The notes under the pieces are model-generated. The model worked only from the letters and a program-made list of their open reading frames with translations, was not told the origin of the DNA and searched no databases. From Thermoleophilia bacterium (lineage in GTDB: Bacteria; Actinomycetota; Thermoleophilia; Gaiellales; Gaiellaceae): a DNA stretch of 64,000 bases. The stretch is from assembly GCA_009694305.1 (NCBI GenBank), contig SHVL01000003.1:1508-65507 (forward strand), read 5' to 3'. This document shows, piece by piece, positions 45,816 through 54,232 of this stretch. Numbering within the stretch: position 1 is the first letter of the stretch; each line of letters starts with the position of its first letter. The translations under genes were made by a program, and so were the position numbers.

Positions 45816-47141
45816 CTACGGGGCGAGGACGCTCTCGAGCGCTTCTTCCCAGACGGCGAGAGCCTCGTCGAGAACTGCGTCCTCGATCGTGAGCGGGCAG
45901 AGAACCCGGATGCAGTTGCCGGAGATCCCGGCCCGCAGGAGAATCAATCCTCGCTCGAGAGCCGCGTCGATCACGGCAGTGGCAAGCTCGGGCGCCTGAT
46001 CCTTCGCTGCCGGGTCGTTGACGAGCTCGATCGCGAGCATTGCCCCCAGCCCACGCACGTCGCCGATCTGCGGCCAGCGTGCCTGCCAGGCAAGCATGCG
46101 CTCGCGCATCAGCGTCCCGATCACGTTGGCACGCCCGACGAGGCCCTCTTCCGCAAAGATGTCAACGACAGCGAGGGCCGCTGCGAGAGCGACGGGGTTC
46201 CCGATGTACGTCCCTCCGATCGCACCGGCATGCGGCGCGTCCATGACGGCCGCTTTCCCGATCACGCCCGACAGCGGCAGGCCTGCCGCGATCGACTTGG
46301 CGACACACATGAGGTCGGCCTCGACCGCATAGTGCTCCATCGCGAACATCTTTCCGGTACGGCCGAACCCGGTCTGTACCTCGTCCGCGACCATGATGAT
46401 CCCCTCCCGGTCGCAGATCCGGCGCAGGCCTTCGACGAACGCAGGGGGTGCCGGCAGGAAACCTCCTTCACCAAGCTGTGGCTCGAAGACGATCGCCGCG
46501 ACCTGGGAGGGTGCGACGTGCGAGGCAAACATCTGCTCGAGTCCGGCGAGCGCCTCGGTGGCCGAGGGGCCTCGATACGTGTTCGGGAACGGAGCCCTGT
46601 AGACCTCGGGCGCGAAGGGGCCCATTCCGGCTTTGTACGGTTGCACCTTCGACGTCATCGTCATCGCGAGCAGCGTCCTGCCGTGGAATCCTGCCTCGAA
46701 CGCGATCACGGCCGGCCGGCCCGTCGCGAGCCGTGCGATCTTGACGGCGTTCTCGACGGCCTCGGCTCCTGAGTTGAAGAACGCGGCCCGCGTCGGCCCC
46801 GCAAACGGAGCGAGATCTCCGAGTCGCTCTGCAAGCTCGATGTAGGACGCATAGGGCACCACCGTGAAGTCCGTGTGCACGAACCGGGCCGACTGCTCCT
46901 GGATCGCATCGACCACCTTCGGGTGACAGTGTCCGACGTTGACCACCCCGACGCCCCCCGCAAAGTCGATGAACGTGTTGCCGTCCACATCCGTGATCGT
47001 CGCGTTCAGCGCCTCGGCAACGAAGACGGGTAGGTACACGTGCAGCGGCTTTGCGATCGCGGTTTCGCCGCGCGCGAGGAGATCGCGCGAGCACGGGCCC
47101 GGGATCTCCGTGCGAATCTCGATCGATCTCGTCGTTGCCAC
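45816..47141 (-). CDS. gabT: 4-aminobutyrate aminotransferase-like class-III aminotransferase
   Basis: Motifs include FFNSGAEAVENAVKIAR, ADEVQTGFGRTG and CVAKSIAAGLPLS. Confidence 0.8.
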   Translation of the reverse strand: MATTRSIEIRTEIPGPCSRDLLARGETAIAKPLHVYLPVFVAEALNATITDVDGNTFIDFAGGVGVVNVGHCHPKVVDAIQEQSARFVHTDFTVVPYASYIELAERLGDLAPFAGPTRAAFFNSGAEAVENAVKIARLATGRPAVIAFEAGFHGRTLLAMTMTSKVQPYKAGMGPFAPEVYRAPFPNTYRGPSATEALAGLEQMFASHVAPSQVAAIVFEPQLGEGGFLPAPPAFVEGLRRICDREGIIMVADEVQTGFGRTGKMFAMEHYAVEADLMCVAKSIAAGLPLSGVIGKAAVMDAPHAGAIGGTYIGNPVALAAALAVVDIFAEEGLVGRANVIGTLMRERMLAWQARWPQIGDVRGLGAMLAIELVNDPAAKDQAPELATAVIDAALERGLILLRAGISGNCIRVLCPLTIEDAVLDEALAVWEEALESVLAP

Positions 47142-47183
47142 AGGAGGATCCTAGCGGAGCATTGCATCGCTACTCTCGTCCGA

Positions 47184-47780
47184 ATGGATCTCGTAGACCT
47201 CTTGCCGGATCCGCATGCCCAGTTCGACAGGTGGTTCGACGAGGCAACGGCGGCCGGCGTGCCCGACCCCGAGCAGATGGCTCTCTCGACCGCAACGCGC
47301 GATGGCGTACCCTCGGTCAGGATGGTGCTGCTCAAGGGGCACGATCCGCGCGGTTTCGTGTTCTACACGAATCGTGGTAGTCGGAAGGGCTCCGAGCTCC
47401 AGACAAATCCGAGAGCGGCCGGGGTGCTGCACTGGAAGCCGCAGGAGCGGCAGGTGCGACTCGAAGGTACGGTCGAGGTGGTGGCCGACGACGAGGCTGC
47501 GGCGTACTTCCGCACGAGGCCCCGCAACAGTCAGATCGGCGCCTGGGCCTCGCCGCAGTCGCAGCCGGTCACGAGCCGGGCCGACCTCGAGCATCGGGTC
47601 GCCGAGATCGAGCGAAGGTTTGCCGGAGAGGAAGAGGTGCCGCTCCCGACGTTCTGGGGTGGGTTCCGCATCGTCGCGACCGTGATCGAGTTCTGGCAGG
47701 GTCAGCCGGGGCGGCTCCACGACCGGATTCGGTACGAGCCGGGTTCGGGCGGCTGGGACAGGCAGCGGCTGGCGCCGTAG
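47184..47780 (+). CDS. pdxH: Pyridoxamine 5'-phosphate oxidase
   Basis: It has RMVLLKG, FVFYTN..SRK and the C-terminal EFWQGQPGRLHDR. Confidence 0.9.
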   Translation: MDLVDLLPDPHAQFDRWFDEATAAGVPDPEQMALSTATRDGVPSVRMVLLKGHDPRGFVFYTNRGSRKGSELQTNPRAAGVLHWKPQERQVRLEGTVEVVADDEAAAYFRTRPRNSQIGAWASPQSQPVTSRADLEHRVAEIERRFAGEEEVPLPTFWGGFRIVATVIEFWQGQPGRLHDRIRYEPGSGGWDRQRLAP

Positions 47781-47789
47781 CCCCTCGGC

Positions 47790-49031
47790 TCACCCTGCAG
47801 ACGCTGTGCCATCCGGCGCGAGTGCAGCCTTTGTGTACAGCCCGGAGGCGTTCCAGAGGAGATAACCCTTCGTCCCCTGGAGTCGCGCTGCCGCGATCTG
47901 CGCGAGAACCTGATCGGGAGCGTAGCCCCAGTCCTGGATCCAGGGAACGAGCTGGGCTCCCGAGCCCCTGGTCTGCAACCGGAAGTCGGTGAGCGTCCTG
48001 AAGACCGTTTCTCCCGGCTCCGCAACGGGATGTTCCAGCCCTAGCTCGCCGCTGCCGTAGAGCGCCGGGTAGGACATCGGCGACACACTGTCAGCGTGGT
48101 CGGAAATCCAGCGAGGCACCTGTCCGATCCCGAGATCACGGGTCGCCGCCAATCCGAACAGGGCGGCCGAAATCCTCGTGCCGTGCGGCGCGAGCCGTTC
48201 CTTCGCGTGGCCCATGAAGTCCGCGATCAGGCGTCCTCTCGAAATGCTCGTGTGACCCGGGTAGACCGCACTCTCGACGTCACCGTCGGACGGAAAGCGC
48301 ACGTAGTCGAACATGATCTCGTCGAATCCGGCCTCCGCGGCCGCCTCGGCAACCGAGGAACAGTAGTCCCAGACTCGACGGTCATAGGGGTTGACCCAGC
48401 CGCTGCCGGCCGTCGTCGTCCAGGTGCTGCCGTCGGGCCGTTGAACCGCCAGATCGGGCCTGGCACTCGCGAGGATCGGATCCTGGAAGCACACGACACG
48501 CCCGATCATGTAGATGCCGTGGCGGTGTGCCAGCGCGACGAGCGCCTTCGGATTGTAGTACTGACGCGTGGCTCCGGCAGTGCGCGCGAGCGGGACGCCC
48601 TCCGGGTCGAACCCGATCTCTCCGCGCTCGTCCTTGACGTCGAGCTCTATCGTGTTCAGGCCGTAGCTCGCGTAGCCGAGGTACTCACGAAACTTGCCGG
48701 GGAGCGAGGCCAGGGCCGCGGTAACATGGACGCCGCGGATCTCGACCGGTAGCGGCCTGAAGCTGCCTGCGGTGGCGGCCGGAACGGGCGCCGGAGATGC
48801 GTCAGCACTCGCTTCGCGCGCCGGGGAGGACGTGTCACCGACGAAGCGGGCACCCATGGCGACGACGATGAGGACAACCAGGAGCAGCGCCAGGACCGCG
48901 GCTCGCCTGCGCCGCTTCGTTCGACGCGTCTGACCCCGCCGAGCGCGGAACCGCTCGTTCGGGTCGATTGGTCCGTAGAGCATGGGCACCGGACGACTGA
49001 GCGTACCGCATTCCAGCCTCCGCGCGGCCAT
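47790..49031 (-). CDS. Membrane-anchored TIM-barrel glycoside-hydrolase-like protein (GHL/DUF4015-type)
   Basis: It has a basic N-terminus plus TM (AAVLALLLVVLIVVAMG), then ...NTIELDVKDERGEIGF..., GFDEIMFDYVRFP and SPMSYP. The start is uncertain (49031 or 48983). The family is recalled from memory. Confidence 0.5.
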   Translation of the reverse strand: MAARRLECGTLSRPVPMLYGPIDPNERFRARRGQTRRTKRRRRAAVLALLLVVLIVVAMGARFVGDTSSPAREASADASPAPVPAATAGSFRPLPVEIRGVHVTAALASLPGKFREYLGYASYGLNTIELDVKDERGEIGFDPEGVPLARTAGATRQYYNPKALVALAHRHGIYMIGRVVCFQDPILASARPDLAVQRPDGSTWTTTAGSGWVNPYDRRVWDYCSSVAEAAAEAGFDEIMFDYVRFPSDGDVESAVYPGHTSISRGRLIADFMGHAKERLAPHGTRISAALFGLAATRDLGIGQVPRWISDHADSVSPMSYPALYGSGELGLEHPVAEPGETVFRTLTDFRLQTRGSGAQLVPWIQDWGYAPDQVLAQIAAARLQGTKGYLLWNASGLYTKAALAPDGTASAG

Positions 49032-49055
49032 ATTGTCTCCGGCTAGGATCGAAAC

Positions 49056-49628
49056 ATGGTTCTCTCGGACACGTCCATTCGGCGGCTCATCGGCGAAGGA
49101 AGGATCGTCGTCGATCCATACGACGACGCGCTGATGCAACCGGCGAGCCTCGATGTTCGCGTAGACCGGCTGTTTCGGGTCTTCAGGAACTCGCGACATC
49201 CCTACATCGACGTCAAGCTCGAGCTCGAGGGCCTGACGGAGCTCGTCGAGATCGAAGGAGACGAGCCGTTCATCCTCCACCCCGGCGAGTTCGTACTCGG
49301 CTCTACGCTCGAACGCATCGCGCTTCCCGACGACCTCGTCGCCCGCCTGGAAGGAAAGAGCTCACTTGGCCGGCTGGGGTTGCTCATCCACTCGACGGCC
49401 GGGTTCATCGACCCGGGCTGGGACGGGCACGTGACGCTGGAGCTGTCGAACGTTGCGAATCTCCCGATCACGATCTACCCGGAGATGAAGATCGGCCAGG
49501 TGTCGTTCGTCCAGTTGCTGGAACCGGCGGAGCATCCGTATGGATCGAGCGGCCTCGGCTCGAAGTACCAGGGCCAGCGGGGGCCGACTCCGAGCCGGTA
49601 CTGGAAGAACTTTGAGGCGTCGCCGTGA
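49056..49628 (+). CDS. dcd: dCTP deaminase
   Basis: The sequence begins [12 protein letters not shown] and contains [21 protein letters not shown] and [13 protein letters not shown]. Confidence 0.92.
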   Translation: MVLSDTSIRRLIGEGRIVVDPYDDALMQPASLDVRVDRLFRVFRNSRHPYIDVKLELEGLTELVEIEGDEPFILHPGEFVLGSTLERIALPDDLVARLEGKSSLGRLGLLIHSTAGFIDPGWDGHVTLELSNVANLPITIYPEMKIGQVSFVQLLEPAEHPYGSSGLGSKYQGQRGPTPSRYWKNFEASP

Positions 49629-50521
49629 TCCTCGTCACCGGTGCAACCGGGTTTGTCGGGGGCCACGTCGTACGCATGCTTGCGAAGGCCGGTGAGCGGG
49701 TCAGGGCCCTCGTCCGCGACGCGAGCGGGGCCGAAGCGCTCGACGGCGTCGAGTGCGAGCTCGTTCGCGGGGATGTCACCGATCCGGCGAGCCTCCGCGC
49801 GGCCGTCGAGGGGTGCACGGCCGTTGTACATCTCGTGGCCATCCTGACCGGCAAGTCCGACGACTTCGAGCGTGTGATGATCGGGGGCACCCGGAATCTC
49901 CTCGACGCTGCCGGTACGGCCGGCGTGCGCCGTTTCGTCCAGATGAGCGCTCTGGGAACGAGCGAGGAGACGAAGGACACCGTTCCGTACTACCGTGCCA
50001 AGTGGGCGATCGAAGAGGCTGTCCGTGACTCGGGCCTCGGGTACGCGATTCTGAGGCCCAGCTTCGTCTTCGCGGGCGACGGCGGCGCGTTGGCGCAATT
50101 CACACGGATCGCGAAGCTGGCACCGGTCACTCCGGTGATCGGGAGCGGCAAGCAGCGACTGCAGCCGATCTGGGCCGACGACCTGGCCCGCGCCGTGGCG
50201 CTTGCGCTCCGCAGCAGCGATGACCTGCTCGTCGAGCTCGGGGGCCCTGACGTTGTTGACTGGAACGAGTTCTGGTCGCAGCTGAAGACGGCACTCGGCA
50301 CGCGCCGCCCTTCCCTCCATGTGCCATTCTGGCTCATGCGCTCCCAGGCGGTACTCCTCGAACGGCTCCCACGTCCCCCCGTGACCCGTGACCAGCTACG
50401 CATGCTCGAACTCGGAGACAACGTCGTCTCCGACGGGGGGGCCGGCATGGTGGCACTCGGACTCGACGACTGCCTGCCGCTCGCCGAGCAGCTCCGGCTC
50501 GCCGTCGGCCGCCCCGACTAG
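49625..50521 (+). CDS. Atypical SDR / NAD(P)-binding protein (NmrA or NDUFA9-like)
   Basis: The N-terminus [15 protein letters not shown] is a Rossmann motif. GTGA overlap with dcd. Confidence 0.75.
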   Translation: MILVTGATGFVGGHVVRMLAKAGERVRALVRDASGAEALDGVECELVRGDVTDPASLRAAVEGCTAVVHLVAILTGKSDDFERVMIGGTRNLLDAAGTAGVRRFVQMSALGTSEETKDTVPYYRAKWAIEEAVRDSGLGYAILRPSFVFAGDGGALAQFTRIAKLAPVTPVIGSGKQRLQPIWADDLARAVALALRSSDDLLVELGGPDVVDWNEFWSQLKTALGTRRPSLHVPFWLMRSQAVLLERLPRPPVTRDQLRMLELGDNVVSDGGAGMVALGLDDCLPLAEQLRLAVGRPD

Positions 50522-50541
50522 CGTCGGCCCCGAGAAAAGAT

Positions 50542-50565
50542 GAGGGCCGCCTCTCGGCGGCCCTC
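50542..50565 (-). terminator. Perfect 10-bp GC hairpin with U-tract on the minus strand only
   Basis: The plus strand reads GAGGGCCGCC-TCTC-GGCGGCCCTC. On the minus strand it is followed by ATCTTTTCTC. It lies 20 nt after the plus-strand stop at 50521 and about 290 nt after the minus-strand Rieske stop. Confidence 0.65.
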
Positions 50566-50853
50566 GATCCCGGTATCCAGCGTTGATGTGGCAGAGGCGC
50601 TTCCTGCCTGCCCGCTCACCCTGAGGCGAGACGGGCGGCGGCGCGGAATGCGCGTCCCCTACGCGTGGCTATGGCGATTCCCCGATGGGTCTCGGGAACA
50701 CGCCTCTACCCGCTGGTACCTCCACTGCCGGTACTGCTCGAATCTGTCACGTCCGGACCACCTCCTTTCCGCGGTTACCCGAATGTATACCGGCCGCGGT
50801 GGACGATGGCAACCCCTCCGCTGAGTTGCGTATGCCGCGCGGCGCGTCAGGCG

Positions 50854-51171
50854 TCAGACGTCAACGACGACAACGCCGTCGTCTCGAACCCGCACCGGAA
50901 ACGTGGCAACGGCGATGTAGGCGGGCAGCGTCAGAGCACGCCCGGTCTCGATGTCGAACCGAGCGCCGTGGCGGGGACAGATGACGACCCGTTCGCCACA
51001 GTCGAACTCTCCCTCACACAGGGGGCCCTCGTCGTGGGTGCATCTGTCCTCGATCGCGAACAGCTTGCCGTCACAGTTGTAGACCCCGATCGAGAGGAGC
51101 GGACGAGCCTCCACGATCCGTACCGACCCGGGAGGCAGGTCGGTGAGTGGGCAGACGTCGAGTTCGGACAC
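50854..51171 (-). CDS. Rieske [2Fe-2S] ferredoxin-like protein
   Basis: It has CTHDEGPL...CPRHGARF (CxH...CxxH). It is the last gene after sufS-sufU. Confidence 0.85.
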   Translation of the reverse strand: MSELDVCPLTDLPPGSVRIVEARPLLSIGVYNCDGKLFAIEDRCTHDEGPLCEGEFDCGERVVICPRHGARFDIETGRALTLPAYIAVATFPVRVRDDGVVVVDV

Positions 51172-51181
51172 CAGCAGGCTT

Positions 51182-51616
51182 CTAGTTGACCGAGATCTCG
51201 CCGCTCGAGGTACCCCACTCCTCCGGAAGCGGTGTACCTCTGGAGCGATGAAGCGCCACCTTGAGCACTCCCATCCCGAGGAGAGCGCATTTGAGCCGGA
51301 CGGGGCTCAGCGGGATCCCGATCTCGTCGAGCAGCTCCTCCTTGCGCATCACCGCGATCTCCTGCGCCGACCGACCCTTCACGAGGTCGGTCAGCATCGA
51401 GGTCGCAGCCTGGCTGATTGCACAACCGCGGCCCTCGAACCCGACGCTCTCGATGATGTCGCCTTCGCCGAACCGCACAGAGACCGTCACCTCGTCGCCA
51501 CAGAGGGGGTTCTGACCCTCTGCGACGGCGTCGTTCGGGTCGAGGATGCCGTGATTTCTGGGCATCTTGTAGTGATCGAGAATGACTTCGCGGTACATCT
51601 GCTCGAACTCGCTCAT
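51182..51616 (-). CDS. sufU: SufU/IscU-type Fe-S cluster scaffold / sulfur acceptor
   Basis: Motifs include YREVILDHYKMPRN, NPLCGDEV, GCAISQA and RLKCALL. ATGA overlap with sufS. Confidence 0.88.
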   Translation of the reverse strand: MSEFEQMYREVILDHYKMPRNHGILDPNDAVAEGQNPLCGDEVTVSVRFGEGDIIESVGFEGRGCAISQAATSMLTDLVKGRSAQEIAVMRKEELLDEIGIPLSPVRLKCALLGMGVLKVALHRSRGTPLPEEWGTSSGEISVN

Positions 51617-52857
51617 CCGAGGCTCTCCTTCACCTTGTGCAGTCCGGCTACGAGGCGGTCTACCTCCTCGGCAATCGAGTACACATAGAAGCTGGCCCGG
51701 GTGGTCGCAGCGACGCCGAGTCGGGTCATCAGCGGTTGCGTGCAGTGGTGGCCGGCACGCACCGCTACACCTTCCCAGTCGAGGATCTGGGCAACATCGT
51801 GCGGGTGAACGCCGGCGACCTCGAACGAGACGATTCCGGCCCGACGCTCGAGGGGAGGCCCGAACACCCTCACCCAGTCGAGTTCGTCGAGACGGGCCAT
51901 GGCGTACCGGGTGAGCTCGTGCTCGTGCTCCTCGATCGCGGAAAGGCCGATACCGGTGATGTAGTCGATCGCTGCTCCGAACCCGACCGCCTCCGCAATC
52001 GCCGGCGTTCCCGCCTCGAACTTGTACGGCAGCTCGTTGAAGGTCGTCTTGTCGAGGCCAACCGACCGGATCATCTCGCCGCCGAGGTTGAACGGCGCCA
52101 TCTCCTCGAGCAGCTCCCGCCGGCCCCAGAGTGCGCCGATCCCGGTCGGGCCGCACAGCTTGTGGGAGGAGAGGGCGAGAAAGTCACAGCCGAGTGCCTG
52201 CACGTCGATCGACCGGTGTGGTGCTGCCTGGGCGGCATCGACGACGATGATCGCCCCCTGCTCGTGCGCCCACGCAGCGATCTGCTCGACCGGATTGATC
52301 GTGCCGAGCGAGTTCGAGACCAGCCCGACCCCGACGACCTTGATCGAGTTGTCGCGCGCAAGACCATCGAGGGCATCGAGCTGAAGCTCGCCGGCGTCGT
52401 CGATCGGGATGTGCCTGAAGGCTGCCCCCGTTCGGCTCGCTATGAACTGCCAGGGTACGAAGTTCGCGTGATGCTCGAGCTCGGTGATGAGGACGGTGTC
52501 GCCGGGCCCGAGATGCTGCAGGCCCCAGGCATAGGCGACCAGGTTGATCGCCTCGGTGGTGCTCCGCGTGAAGATGACCTCGCGCTCCGAGGGCGCGTTG
52601 ACAAAGGTCGCGACCGTGTGCCGCGCGCTCTCGTATCCCTCGGTCGCCCGCTCGGCGAGCCGGTACACACCACGATGGACGTTGGCGTACTCGTGCTCGT
52701 AAAACGCGCGCATCCGATCGAGAACCTGGCGTGGCTTCTGGGTAGACGAGGCCGAGTCGAGGTACGCAAGCGGACGGCCACCGGCGAGTTCCTCGAGGTA
52801 CGGGAAATCTGCACGGAGAACGGCCGAGTCGAGCGGGCTCGCTGTGTTCATGACCAT
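51613..52857 (-). CDS. sufS: Cysteine desulfurase, SufS type
   Basis: It has HRGVY, SSHKLCGPTGIG (PLP Lys) and RAGHHCTQPL (active-site Cys). Confidence 0.9.
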   Translation of the reverse strand: MVMNTASPLDSAVLRADFPYLEELAGGRPLAYLDSASSTQKPRQVLDRMRAFYEHEYANVHRGVYRLAERATEGYESARHTVATFVNAPSEREVIFTRSTTEAINLVAYAWGLQHLGPGDTVLITELEHHANFVPWQFIASRTGAAFRHIPIDDAGELQLDALDGLARDNSIKVVGVGLVSNSLGTINPVEQIAAWAHEQGAIIVVDAAQAAPHRSIDVQALGCDFLALSSHKLCGPTGIGALWGRRELLEEMAPFNLGGEMIRSVGLDKTTFNELPYKFEAGTPAIAEAVGFGAAIDYITGIGLSAIEEHEHELTRYAMARLDELDWVRVFGPPLERRAGIVSFEVAGVHPHDVAQILDWEGVAVRAGHHCTQPLMTRLGVAATTRASFYVYSIAEEVDRLVAGLHKVKESLG

Positions 52858-52963
52858 TGTCCTATGGTAGCCGGGCTGCTCTTCCGCAGCCGACCGCAGC
52901 CAGCATCACGACGAGCGCAGCCTCCGTCCCGGTCAGGCCCGAGGCCAGACGGGTGATCCAGGC

Positions 52964-54232
52964 TCAGACGAGGAGCGGATCGACGGCGGCCGCGACGAAG
53001 AGCAGTGCCAGATAGGCGAGCGAGTAGTGGAACAGCACGACGGCGCGACGGCGCGAGGTGTCGCGGCGGAGTTGCCAGGCGAGGAGCAGGAAGTAGGCGC
53101 CGAGAAGAACGGCGGCGACGGTGTAGACGGGCCCGAACCAGTAGCCGACGCCGACCGTGAAGGCGACGAGCACGAGCGAGTAGAGCAGGATCTGCCGTGT
53201 CGTCTCACGGTCGCCCTTCGTGCCGGGCAGCATCGGGACGTTCGCGGCCGCGTAGTGCTCCTTGATCATCAATGCGAGCGCCCAGAAGTGGGGTGGTGTC
53301 CAGAGGAAGACGATCAGGAACAGCCACAGCGCGGGAAGCGTGAGGTTCCCCGTTGCCGCGGCGTAGCCGACGAGTGGCGGCACTGCTCCGGCTGCTCCAC
53401 CGATGACGATGTTCTGGTCGGTTGACCGCTTCAGGTAGCCGGTGTAGACGACGACGTAGAAAAGGCCGCCGACAAGAGCGAGCAGGGCGGTGAGAACGTT
53501 CACGGTCGTTGCGAGCAGTGCGAACGAGAGCGCCATCAGGACGACGCCGAACTCGAGCGCCCGGGGTGCAGCGACGCGCCCCGATGCAACCGGGCGCGCA
53601 GCGGTGCGCTCGCCCATGAGCCTGTCGATGTCGGCATCCATCACGTGGTTGAGCGCACTCGAGCCACCACAGGCGAGCGCGAGTCCGACCATCATCGCGA
53701 GGAACTCCGGGCCGTTCGGCCAGCCACCGGCCCCGACGAACATTCCAGCCGCACCGGTGAGCAGCAGGAGCGACATGATGCGCGGCTTGGTCAGCGTGAT
53801 GTAGTCGCGCCAGGGGCCGGCCGGGAGCGGATCTCCACGGTACGAGAGAACGAGCACGACGAGCGAGGCGGCAAGCGACGCTCCGGCGGCCGCGACGTGA
53901 GCGAACACGGCCCAGCGCGCATCGTCGCTCCACGCCACGAGGCCGCCTGTGGCAACCGCGACGAGCAGGAGGGCAAGCGCCGCAGTCGCGGCGCCGACCA
54001 GGCGTGGGTAGGCGGCGCGGGCGATGACAACGGCGGCGACGAGCAGCGGGATGGCGACGAGCGCCGCAGCCCAGTGGCCTCGACCCGATTCGAGTGCGGC
54101 GCTCACGACGATTGCAGCGGTTGCCGCAGCTGCTGCAACGACGGCGCCATGCAGGAACGGCCCGGGGGCGGCGTGAGACGTGCGATCGGGACCGGGCGTG
54201 CTCGGGATCCCCGGCAGGTCGCTAGAGCGCAT
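52964..54232 (-). CDS. ctaB: Heme O synthase (protoheme IX farnesyltransferase) with about 125-aa N-terminal 4-TM extension
   Basis: The CtaB core runs from WRDYITLTKPRIM and includes NHVMDADIDRLMGERTAARP and WTPPHFWALA. I chose the ATG at 54232 (MRSSDLPG), which overlaps the end of the upstream oxidase-like gene by 11 nt. Confidence 0.8.
   Translation of the reverse strand: MRSSDLPGIPSTPGPDRTSHAAPGPFLHGAVVAAAAATAAIVVSAALESGRGHWAAALVAIPLLVAAVVIARAAYPRLVGAATAALALLLVAVATGGLVAWSDDARWAVFAHVAAAGASLAASLVVLVLSYRGDPLPAGPWRDYITLTKPRIMSLLLLTGAAGMFVGAGGWPNGPEFLAMMVGLALACGGSSALNHVMDADIDRLMGERTAARPVASGRVAAPRALEFGVVLMALSFALLATTVNVLTALLALVGGLFYVVVYTGYLKRSTDQNIVIGGAAGAVPPLVGYAAATGNLTLPALWLFLIVFLWTPPHFWALALMIKEHYAAANVPMLPGTKGDRETTRQILLYSLVLVAFTVGVGYWFGPVYTVAAVLLGAYFLLLAWQLRRDTSRRRAVVLFHYSLAYLALLFVAAAVDPLLV

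Noticed and set aside
50741-50775. CACCTCCTTTC on the plus strand resembles the 3' end of 16S rRNA. I also considered RNase P, SRP RNA, tmRNA or a tRNA in the 50.5-50.85 kb gap.
   Set aside because: There is no surrounding rRNA sequence. The RNase P CR-I (GAGGAAAGUCCGGGC), the SRP GGAAGCAGCC-type motif, the tmRNA ends and the tRNA T-loop (GGTTCGAATCC) are all absent. The match is just the complement of an SD-like sequence.
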